The position numbers and the translations under genes are program-made. DNA of 64,000 nt from Eledone cirrhosa (taxonomy: Eukaryota). Below, in pieces: positions 12,784-24,403 of this stretch. Location of the stretch: the NCBI GenBank assembly GCA_964016885.1, contig OZ024757.1:26536001-26600000 (forward strand), read 5' to 3'. Numbering within the stretch: the first letter of the stretch is position 1; every line of letters begins with the position of its first letter. The notes under the pieces were generated by a model. It was not told the DNA's origin. It saw only the letters and a program-made list of their open reading frames with translations, and made no database searches.

Positions 12784-13912
12784 TAATATATATATATATA
12801 TATAATATTATCATCATCATCGTTTTAACATCTGCTTTCCCTGGTACCAAGGGTTGGACATGTCTACATAGACCAAGTTAGTACTGAAGTGGGATAACTG
12901 ACCTCCTTGACAAGCCAGGGATCTGCGTCTCACATAGTCTCACATAATGTACCAATATGATAATACAGTTCACAGATTCATTTTTTTTATTAAGGATATA
13001 TTATAATCTACCCCCTTTCTTTTATCTATGTGTGTTCTTCAATGGCTAAAATGACACTTCTATGCTATGATTGCTTTAGTTTTCACACACGATCTCAGAT
13101 CAAGTCACTTGTCAGACAACTCTGAAATATACTCTTTTATCTGTTCCCGCTGACAGGAAATATATCAGCATTATTATCATCATCACCATCACCATCACCA
13201 TCACACATTTTTACATGCTAATATGAGGTTAGACGGATATATATATATATATATATATCATCATCAGCGTTTTACATCCGTTCTTCCATGCTAGCATGGG
13301 TTAGACGGGTTGTCCTGTTGTGGGCAGTGTCCAGTCGGCTGACCATGTCTTGCTCATACTGGAACTGATTGGGGCTTGATTTCTACAGCTGGATGCCCTT
13401 CCTAACACCAACCTCATTTACAGTGAGTGCTGGGTGCTTTTTTCTGTGGTTCTTATACGTCCACTTTACAGTGGAGAGGAGGGGGGCATATTGTCTAAAT
13501 GCTTCAGCCTCAGCTTGTACCCATGGGAAGTTGGGTCTTCAATATATATATATATTCCCCTTTTCCATATAAAGCGTGAAACTAATAAGACTTTTTCTAT
13601 CTCAGTTTTGTTGTTTCTTTGAACTATATATATATATATATATATATATGATGGTGGGCTGAAAACTTCATAGGCAGAATGGGCTGACTAAGAAGGAGGG
13701 ATAGTAGAGCTGTGAAATCTTGCATGCATTAATTTCAACTCTTCATATTAGTAACTGCATTGTTTCTTTCCAGGGACTATGTTGAAAAATAGAACTCATT
13801 TGGTCATTCCATGAGACTATCTTGGTCAGCCTATGAACTTTTCTCTCTCTCTCTATATATATATATATATAGAGAGAGAGAGATAGATAGATAGATATAT
13901 AATAGTAATAAT

Positions 13913-14495
13913 AATTGTTTCTACTTTTGGCACAAGGCCAGCAATTATTCCAGTGTATTACTGGTACTTTATTTTATTGACCCCGTAAGGATGAAAGGCA
14001 AAGTAACCTCGGCGGAATTTGAACTCAGAATGGCAAGGGTCGTAACTCTATGCGTCAAGGCATGGTGTCCGACCCTCTACCGATACTGCCAATCCACCGC
14101 TCCTTATAATAATTGTTTCTACTTTAGGCACAAGGCCAGCAATTACCCAGTGTATTACTGGTACTTTATTTTATTGACCCCGTAAGGATGAAAGGCAAAG
14201 TTAACCTTGGCGGGATTTGAACTCAGATCGTAAAGGGATGTAACTACGCTGGAAAGCATGTCTGACCCTCTACCAATACTGCCAATCCACTGCTCCTTAT
14301 AATAATTGTTTCTACTTTAGGCACAAGGCCAGCAATTACCCAGTGCATTACTGGTACTTTATTTTATCGACCCTGTAAGGATGAAAGGCAAAGTTAACCT
14401 TGGCGGGATTTGAACTCAGAATGGAAAGGGCCGTAACTCTATGCTGCAAAGCATGGCGTCAGACCCTCTAACGATTCTGCCAAGTCACCGCCCTG
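13913..14495 (-). mobile_element. Three head-to-tail SINE family 1 copies
   Basis: Units ~13913-14100, 14108-14295, 14300-14495, separated by gctccttataat. Confidence 0.8.
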
Positions 14496-14903
14496 ACTGC
14501 TCCTTATAATAATGAGAGTAAATTTTACTCAATTACTTGGAGTAAATATTCAATGATATTAAATAAATGGAAACTATATTTATAAAACCATATTTATTTT
14601 ATTATATATATTTCAAGGGTACCAAGACATTTATCTGATGAAAGCATACCAATGTTGTCTCGGTGGCTCTTGAAATATATATAATAAAATAAATATGGTT
14701 TCATAAATATAGTTTCCATTTATTTAATATCATTGAATATATATATCTTTATATATATAGAGAGAGAGGGAGATAGACATATATATATATAGAGAGAGAG
14801 AGACATATATATATATAGAGAGAGAGAGACATATATATATATAGAGAGAGAGAGAGACATATATATATATAGAGAGATAGACATATATATATAGAGAGAG
14901 AGA

Positions 14904-14991
<88 letters not shown>

Positions 14992-15096
14992 TATAGAGAG
15001 AGAGAGAGAAAGCAGAAGATAAACATATATATATAGAGAGAGAGAGAAAGCGGGAGATAGACATATAGAGAGAGAGAGAGAAAGCGGGAGATAGAC

Positions 15097-15127
<31 letters not shown>

Positions 15128-15132
15128 TAGAC

Positions 15133-15173
<41 letters not shown>

Positions 15174-15807
15174 AATATATATATATGTTTTTGTATTATA
15201 TATGTGTGCGTGTGTGTACATATCAAAACTGAATGTGAAAACTACAAACCAGAATAGTTCCAAATCAGTTATTTCCCTTGCATCGTCTATCAACCCGATT
15301 ATCATGGAAATCATGTTTAAGGCTGTATGGATTATCTCTCTTGTATTTATTAGAAATGTCGTGTGATGTTATAAAATAATGAAAATTATTGTGTACAGTG
15401 CTCAGGTGCACTACAACTCATCAAAGGTGCATGTATAGAACATAGAATAATGTACAAATGTCAGGAAAGTGAACAGTATGAGTCATGATGTGGTAAGTAT
15501 TGTTAAAATTGTGAAGGTGCACAGTGTAGTGCATGGGTATGCAACTCACGATTGTAAGATTGTGAGTTCAATGCCCAACATCTTGTTGTTTCCTTGTGTA
15601 AGACATTTTATTTCACATTGCTTTAATCTATTCAGCTATCAAAAATGAGCTGTCCCTGTAATTCAAAGGGCTAGATTTGAGACACTCTGAATCTCCCTGA
15701 GAACTACATTAAGGGTTCTACGTTTTCATGGAATGCTCAGCCACCTGTGCATTAATTTTATGATAATGCTGTTCTGTGGGAAATGGCCATGAAACAGATA
15801 CATATAC

Positions 15808-16454
15808 ACCAGGTCCGAACACAAAGGAACCAAACTCCCACTGTCACTGCCTCAGTTTCTCACGCTCTCCCCATCTCTCACTATAGACTTGGTGTGAGCA
15901 CAAAGGAACCAAACTCCCACTGTCATCACCTCCGTTTCTCACACTCTCCCCATCTCTCATATAGACTAGGTGTGAACACAAAGGAACCAAACTCCCACTG
16001 TCATCACCTCCATCTCTCCATCTTTCATATAGACTAGGTGTGAACACAAAGGAGCCAAACTCCCACTGTCATCACCTCCATCTCTCCATCTCTCATATAG
16101 ACTAGGTGTGAACACAAAGGAACCAAACTCCCACTGTCATCACCTCCATCTCTCATATAGACTAGGTGTGAACACAAAGGAGCCAAACTCCCACTGTCAT
16201 CACCTCCATCTCTCCATCTCATATAGACTAGGTGTGAACACAAAGGAACCAAACTCCCACTGTCATCATCTCCTGCTCTCCCCATCTCTCATATAGACTA
16301 GGTGTGAACACAAAGGAACTAAACTCCCACTGTCATCACCTCCGTCTCTCCTGTTCTCCCCATCTCTCACTATAGACTAGGTGTGAACACAAAGGAACCA
16401 AACTCCCACTGTCATCACCTCCATCTCTCCTGCTCTCCCCATCTCTCACTATAG
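15808..16454. repeat. ~60-80 bp minisatellite, ~9 copies, each ending in a pyrimidine tract plus atag
   Basis: Unit actaggtgtgaacacaaaggaaccaaactcccactgtcatcacctccatctctc..atag. Confidence 0.93.
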
Positions 16455-16564
16455 TGAGCAAATGGGGTCCCACGCGATGGCTGCCCCACGGCCCTGGCGG
16501 ACAGAATAGAGAAGGTGTTTCCCCAGAGTTGGTGAAGGAGATGCTATTGATTAAACTACTGTGA
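16455..16564 (+). CDS. Candidate terminal coding exon of an unidentified upstream gene (phase 2: EQMGSHAMAAPRPWRTE*, stop at 16509; or phase 1: SKWGPTRWLPHGPGGQNREGVSPELVKEMLLIKLL*, stop at 16564)
   Basis: Strong pyrimidine tract plus atag acceptor, then unique GC-rich sequence and AT-rich 3'UTR-like sequence. No homology recognised. Confidence 0.45.
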
Positions 16565-17069
16565 CACCCACCTCTGATTGTCCCTCTTCCTCCACCTCAG
16601 TAAATAACCAACAACCTAATTACTCGTGAACTTTCTAGAACAACACCAGTTCTGATAAAGACGATGTTACAGATTGTTTTTGTATAGATATGAGTGAAGT
16701 GGAGGAAGAAGAGACTATGGAATTAATGTAGATGTTTCTCTAAAGAAGTAATATTAGTGTTTTGTGGAGACTGTCGAATGTTGTGGAAGTTTTTTTCCTC
16801 AGTATTTCTACCAGGGTGCAATAGTGAAGACTATGTTGTCAGGGTGCAACACAGTTATTTTATCAAAAACAATCTTTTATGTACTTTGTTTTAGAAAGGA
16901 TGTAAGCACCACATAATAACACATGTTAAAAATATTTAATACAATCACAAATACATAATGTTAGTACCACATTAAGACATGTATTAAAAATATTTGTTAC
17001 CAATATAAATGTTAGTACCACATTAAGACATCATCATCATTATCATCATCATTTAACGTCCATCTTCCA

Positions 17070-18680
17070 ACGTCCGGCTTCTCAACACCAACAGCTGATC
17101 GACCTGTTCGCAGAGTCCTCCCCTTCCATCGCAGTTCCTCCCCCGTCAGCTTGGTGCTCCTTAGGAGCTCCAATCACAGCCTTCGAGTCAACCTTCCAAT
17201 CGAAGATGGTTGGCCTTGAGTAGCTGCTGAGGAATATCGAAGTTATTGAACCCCATCAAGGTTTCTTCATACTCAGGAACTACCTGTCTATTCCTAAGCT
17301 TCTGTATCTGCTCAGAGTCAGCCCCTCTCACAGATTTCCGTCCTTCCTCCAATGCTTCGACAACCTAATCTTCGAGAGACTCGAGTGTCTGGTCAATGTT
17401 AGACTCTCTCCGGAGTCCCGCGATCAGGCTGCATTGCCCAAGCGATTTGGGGGTCTTGGTCTTCGTAAGTGTTCGTCCCTCTCTCCACCCTGGTGAGCAG
17501 CATTCTCTCCTCTCCAACATGGACTAGTTCCAACAGGGAGTTGGGTGAAGCTCTCCAGCAATGGAGTGAGCTGGGCTTGTCTCTTCCTGAGAAGGTGGAG
17601 GACGGTCGAAGTCAGAGAACTTGGGACAGCATAAGTTCAAAGGCCACCTTCGACTCCCTCTTCATCCAGTCAGATCAGTTTGCAAGGTGCCACTTACTAT
17701 CTGCCAGCGTCAAATACTCAGGCGACTTGGTCGATGCCCTACCCGTGGCCAACATTGGTGGCCTACTCAGCCTGGTCGAACTTCGTGTCTCCATCACCCT
17801 CAGAGTGGGAGCTGACATCTGCATGAGTTTGCGGTGCCAATGCGGCAAACTCCTCGACTCTACAGGCCTCCACGGTCTTTCTTGCCACCTGAATGCCGGC
17901 CGCTTCGCGCGTCACACAGAGCTAAACCTCATTCTGAAGAGAGCTTTGGCCCGAGCAAATATCCCCTGTCTTGGAACCACCTGGGTTGTCCAGAAGTGAC
18001 GGCAAAAGACCTGACGGTCTTACCCTGTGCCCCTGGTTGAGAGGCAGGTGCCTTGTCTGGGACGTCACTGTTAGTGACTCTTGCTCTTTCCCACATCCTG
18101 GATGCTGCGGTTAGGACGAGAGCCACAGCTTCTGCAACCGAGCCGAGTAAGACCCTCAAACTCTGATCTGTCGGCGGCCAGCTACATTTTTCAGTCTGTG
18201 GCTTGCGAGACGTTTGGGGGAGTCGGGCCGTTGACTGTGAGGTTCCTTTCCTCACTGACGGCTCGCCTAATAGAGGTGACTGGCGAATCTCGCGAGGGTG
18301 CTTGGCTGTTTCAGCGCATCTGCCTCGCCATCACCCGTGGCAACGCTGCGAGTGTGCTGGCTTGCCTCAAAAATCATTAGAGAGGTTGCCCAGTACTCAT
18401 CGCGACGTTGCTGTCTTTTGCTCTGGTGTTGGCTCCGTTGTTCACCCCTTCCTTTACATTTTCTTTAATATTATACCATTGAAGGAATATATCTTTCATT
18501 GTATCATCCTTTGTAGTGTTACCGAGGCATTTGTAATGTTATTTATGTATATATTTAAAACATATTTGTTATGTTATTCTACTGTAAATTTATTTATATG
18601 CTCTGTTTATATTTTCATTCTGAAGGAATTGCAAACGATTTGTAATGTTGTTTGTCCAACTATGAAGGATATATTTATTT
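17070..18680 (+). mobile_element. 5'-truncated, frameshifted non-LTR retrotransposon with CCHC knuckle and restriction-like endonuclease (CRE-like)
   Basis: [59 protein letters not shown]. Confidence 0.85.
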
Positions 18681-18974
18681 ATATATATATATATATGTGA
18701 TGATGAGTTGTAGTGCATCTGAGCACTGTACACAATAAAGAAATCATTATATATATGGATGGAGCATACGCAATGAATCCGGTGAAACTGACGAGATATT
18801 TTTATTTTCGTTTTCTTATTTTGAGCTGTAATATCAATATCAAAGATACATGCCGTTGCAATTACACAATTTCACTAAGTATGTTGCCACATATCAGCTG
18901 TGATTATAGTAGTAGTGGTGGCTTTGTTGATGGTGATGGTGAAATAATTGTAATTAAAAAAACAACAGAAAACT

Positions 18975-19224
18975 AAAACGGAAGTTGTGTAATCTGGAGA
19001 CTATTTTCCGATCTACACCTGTTATTTCTGACGTCACGTCCTCTAACAAGTTGACGTCTACCATTTCTTGTACATATGATAAACTTTCAAAGAAAGTTCT
19101 GCTTTAGTTTCTTCTAGTCTGTCTTCATTCCCCGTCTTTATTATTTGTTTCCATTTCTTGTTATTTCATAAGACCGATTGTATTTAAAAGCAAGTATATT
19201 TAACGCTGACGACGACAACAAATT
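18975..19224 (+). promoter_or_regulatory. Putative LTN1 proximal promoter / 5'UTR
   Basis: ETS-type CGGAAGT (18979), palindromic CRE TGACGTCA (19029) and TGACGTCT (19052) within 250 bp of the ATG; locally CpG-enriched. Confidence 0.5.
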
Positions 19225-19278
19225 ATGCCTGGTCGTCCAAGTAAAAAACAGTCCCAAAGAACTAAAGGCAATGTCCGG
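19225..19278 (+). CDS. LTN1: LTN1 exon 1 ([18 protein letters not shown])
   Basis: ATG at 19225, donor gtaagt at 19279; conserved QRTKGN motif. Confidence 0.93.
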
Positions 19279-22200
19279 GTAAGTAGTTTGTTTATGTCAG
19301 TCTTTCACCTCATTTATTGGGATAACGCGGATAATGTATCTTTGGATGACAAGCGGCCGCCCTAAGTTTTAATTCTAGGTGATATAAACTCGCCGGAAGT
19401 AATTATATAATATGTATAAACACGTGTGTAAGTGATCGACAGTGTCTGTGGTATACAAAGATATAGCTGAACACATATGCACACCTGTCAGTTAACTACA
19501 TTTCTAGGCTGTGGTTATCGAGACGTTTGGAGGAGTTGGGCCGCTAACTGAAAGGTTCTTGTCTTCACTGGCGGCTCGCTGAACTGAGGTAACTGGTGAT
19601 GCGCTTGGTTATTCCAACACCTCGGCTTCGCCATCACCCGAGGTAACGCTGCGAGCGTGCTGGCTTGCCTCAAAAGTTATTAGAGGCGTTTTCCAGTGCT
19701 CTTCGCGATATCGTTATCTTTTGTTCTGGTAGCGGTTCGTTTGTCCACCCCTTTCGTTTTCCTTTTGTTGTATGTGATCCTAGATGTGTGTATTACCTGC
19801 TTGTGTGTTGTATGTGGTCCTAGATGTGTGTATTACCTGCTTGTGTGTTGTATGTGATCCTAGATGTGTGTATTACCTGCTTGTGTGTTGTATGTGGTCC
19901 TAGATGGGTGTATTACCTGCTTGTGTGTTGTATGTGGTCCTAGATGTGTGTATTACCTGCTTGTGTGTTGTATGTGGTCCTAGATGGGTATGCTGTATGT
20001 GGTCCTAGATGTGTGTATTACCTGCTTGTGTGCTGTATGTGGTCCTAGATGTGTGTATTACCTGCTTGTGTGCTGTATGTGGTCCTAGATGGGTGTATTA
20101 CCTGCTTGAGTGGTGTATGTGGTCCTAGATGTGTGTATTACCTGCTTGAGTGGTGTATGTGGTCCTAGATGTGTGTATTACCTGCTTGTGTCTTGTATGT
20201 GGTCCTAGATGTGTGTATTACCTGCTTGTGTGTTGTATGTGGTCCTAGATGGGTGTATTACCTGCTTGTGTGTTGTATGTGGTCCTAGATGGGTGTGCTG
20301 TATGTGGTCCTAGATGGGTGTATTACCTGCTTGAGTGGTGTATGTGGTCCTAGATGTGTGTATTACCTGCTTGAGTGGTGTATGTGGTCCTAGATGTGTG
20401 TATTACCTGCTTGTGTCTTGTATGTGGTCCTAGATGTGTGTATTACCTGCTTGTGTGTTGTATGTGGTCCTAGATGGGTGTATTACCTGCTTGAGTATTG
20501 TATGTGGTCCTAGATGTGTGTATTACCTGCTTGTGTGTTGTATGTGGTCCTAGATGGGTGTATTACCTGCTTGAGTATTGTATGTGGTCCTAGATGTGTG
20601 TATTACCTGCTTGTGTGTTGTATGTGGTCCTAGATGGGTGTGCTGTATGTGGTTCTAGATGGGTGTATTACCTGCTTGAGTGGTGTATGTGGTCCTAGAT
20701 ATGTGTATTACCTGCTTGTGTCTTGTATGTGGTCCTAGATGTGTGTATTACCTGCTTGGGTGTTGTATGTGGTCCTAGATGGGTGTATTACCTGCTTGAG
20801 TATTGTATGTGGTCCTAGATGTGTGTATTACCTGCTTGTGTGTTGTATGTGGTCCTAGATGGGTGTATTACCTGCTTGAGTATTGTATGTGGTCCTAGAT
20901 GTGTGTATTACCTGCTTGTGTGTTGTATGTGGTCCTAGATGGGTGTGCTGTATGTGGTTCTAGATGGGTGTATTACCTGCTTGAGTGGTGTATGTGGTCC
21001 TAGATATGTGTATTACCTGCTTGTGTCTTGTATGTGGTCCTAGATGTGTGTATTACCTGCTTGTGTGTTGTATGTGGTCCTAGATGGGTGTATTACCTGC
21101 TTGAGTATTGTATGTGGTCCTAGATGTGTGTATTACCTGCTTGTGTGTTGTATGTGGTCCTAGATGGGTGTATTACCTGCTTGAGTATTGTATGTGGTCC
21201 TAGATGTGTGTATTACCTGCTTGTGTGTTGTATGTGGTCCTAGATGGGTGTGCTGTATGTGGTTCTAGATGGGTGTATTACCTGCTTGAGTGGTGTATGT
21301 GGTCCTAGATATGTGTATTACCTGCTTGTGTCTTGTATGTGGTCCTAGATGTGTGTATTACCTGCTTGGGTGTTGTATGTGGTCCTAGATGGGTGTATTA
21401 CCTGCTTGTGTGTTGTATGTGGTCCTAGATGGGTGTATTACCTGCTTGAGTATTGTATGTGGTCCTAGATGTGTGTATTACCTGCTTGTGTGTTGTATGT
21501 GGTCCTAGATGTGTGTATTACCTGCTTGTGTGTTGTATGTGGTCCTAGATGGGTGTATTACCTGCTTGAGTGTTGTATGTGGTCCTAGATGTGTGTATTA
21601 CCTGCTTGTGTGTTGTATGTGGTCCTAGATGTGTGTATTACCTGCTTGTGTGTTGTATGTGGTCCTAGATGTGTGTATTACCTGCTTGTGTGTTGTATGT
21701 GGTCCTAGATGGGTGTGCTGTATGTGGTCCTAGATGTGTGTATTACCTGCTTGAGTATTGTATGTGGTCCTAGATGGGTGTATTACCTGCTTGTGTGTTG
21801 TATGTGGTCCTAGATGTGTGTATTACCTGCTTGTGTGTTGTATGTGGTCCTAGATGGGTGTGCTGTATGTGGTCCTAGATGTGTGTATTACCTGCTTGAG
21901 TATTGTATGTGGTCCTAGATGGGTGTATTACCTGCTTGTGTGTTGTATGTGGTCCTAGATGTGTGTATTACCTGCTTGTGTGTTGTATGTGGTCCTAGAT
22001 GGGTGTATTACCTGCTTGTGTGTTGTATGTGGTCCTAGATGTGTGTATTACCTGCTTGTGTGTTGTATGTGGTCCTAGATGTGTGTATTACCTGCTTGTG
22101 TGTTGTATGTGGTCCTAGATGGGTGTATTACCTGCTTGTGTGTTGTATGTGGTCCTAGATGGGTGTATTACCTGCTTGAGTGTTGTATGTGGTCCTAGAT

Positions 22201-24364
22201 GTGTGTATTACCTGCTTGTGTGTTGTATGTGGTCTTAGATGTGTGTATTACCTGCTTGTGTGTTGTATGTGGTCCTAGATGTGTGTATTACCTGCTTGTG
22301 TGTTGTATGTGGTCCTAGATGGGTGTGCTGTATGTGGTCCTAGATGTGTGTATTACCTGCTTGAGTATTGTATGTGGTCCTAGATGGGTGTATTACCTGC
22401 TTGTGTGTTGTATGTGGTCCTAGATGTGTGTATTACCTGCTTGTGTGTTGTATGTGGTCCTAGATGGGTGTATTACCTGCTTGTGTGTTGTATGTGATCT
22501 TAGATGGGTATATTACCTGCTTGTGTGTTGTATGTGGTCCTAGATGTGTGTATTACCTGCTTGTGTGTTGTATGTGATCTTAGATGGGTGTATTACCTGC
22601 TTGTGTGTTGTATGTGGTCCTAGATGGGTGTATTACCTGCTTGAGTATTGTATGTGATCTTAGATGGGTGTATTACCTGCTTGTGTGTTGTATGTGGTCC
22701 TAGATGGGTGTATTACCTGCTTGTGTGTTGTATGTGGTCCTAGATGTGTGTATTACCTGCTTGTGTGTTGTATGTGGTCCTAGATGGGTGTATTACCAGC
22801 TTGAGTGTTGTATGTGGTCCTAGATGTGTGTATTACCTGCTTGTGTGTTGTATGTGGTCCTAGATGGGTGTATTACCTGCTTGTGTGTTGTATGTGGTCC
22901 TAGATGGGTGTATTACCTGCTTGTGTGTTGTATGTGGTCCTAGATGTGTGTATTACCTGCTTGTGTGTTGTATGTGGTCCTAGATGGGTGTATTACCTGC
23001 TTGTGTGTTGTATGTGATCTTAGATGGGTGTATTACCTGCTTGTGTGTTGTATGTGGTCCTAGATGTGTGTATTACCTGCTTGTGTGTTGTATGTGATCT
23101 TAGATGGGTGTATTACCTGCTTGTGTGTTGTATGTGGTCCTAGATGGGTGTATTACCTGCTTGAGTATTGTATGTGATCTTAGATGGGTGTATTACCTGC
23201 TTGTGTGTTGTATGTGGTCCTAGATGGGTGTATTACCTGCTTGTGTGTTGTATGTGGTCCTAGATGTGTGTATTACCTGCTTGTGTGTTGTATGTGGTCC
23301 TAGATGTGTGTATTACCAGCTTGAGTGTTGTATGTGGTCCTAGATGTGTGTATTACCAGCTTGAGTGTTGTATGTGGTCCTAGATGTGTGTATTATCTGC
23401 TTGTGTGTTGTATGAAGTCCTAGGTGTGTGTATTACCTGCTTGTGTGTTGTATGAAGTCCTAGGTGTGTGTATTACCTGCTTGGGTGTTTTTTTCTTTTT
23501 ATTTGTAATATTATGATGACGGTTATGTTGACAAAACTAATAAATTTCTTTTTCAATGATGATGCAATGAAATAACAAAAAAGTTAATTATGTCCGTCAT
23601 TCACCTCGTTTATTGTGATAAAGCGAATGGTTATATAAGCCCATCAAATACGAGTTACCCTGTGGTTGTTTGGATGATATATACACGTCTTTTGATGAGG
23701 GCCCAAAATCGCTTAAAGGTGTTTTTAATGTTTTCCATTTACAGGGACTTGTATTTCCTGGCATGATTACATGCCTACACATTAAAATGTGTATATTTAT
23801 ATACACATTGGTACAGTCTCGATTATCTACTTATATATATAACTTTATCGTACACGTGTGTGTGAAATGATAAAAAATGGCGATCCTTCGTTTTAGGTCT
23901 AGGTCAGTGATTCCCAAAGTGGGACACACACCCCACAGGGGAGCATTTTGAATATTTAAGGAGGCCATTTGAAAATGGTGTTAATGAGAACAAACTTCAG
24001 GTTTTACTTTATTACTTTTACACCAAGGTAACTTTGGTACACATTACTAGCAGGAAATCCTGGCTCACCTCCTCCATATGTTATTGTGTATCTGGCGCCA
24101 TTTATACACCAATTTATTTACACTTTGCAGTTGTCATTGCTCTTATCATATCAAGGGGGAACATAGCAATTTTTTAGATGTTGAGATGGGGGCATGGTGC
24201 ACAAAAGGTTGGAAACCACTGGTCTAGGCGATGTAATATATATAATAAGGGTTGACGGACTCAGCATATTTATCAATGCCAGTATCGGTTGTTTCTCAGC
24301 GCACTCAATGGACAATGTAAGATACATTACCAGAGTATACACATGATCTTTCTGTGATGTACAC

Positions 24365-24403
<39 letters not shown>

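Noticed and set aside
19765-23490. Possible CRISPR array
   Set aside because: Pure head-to-tail satellite without spacers
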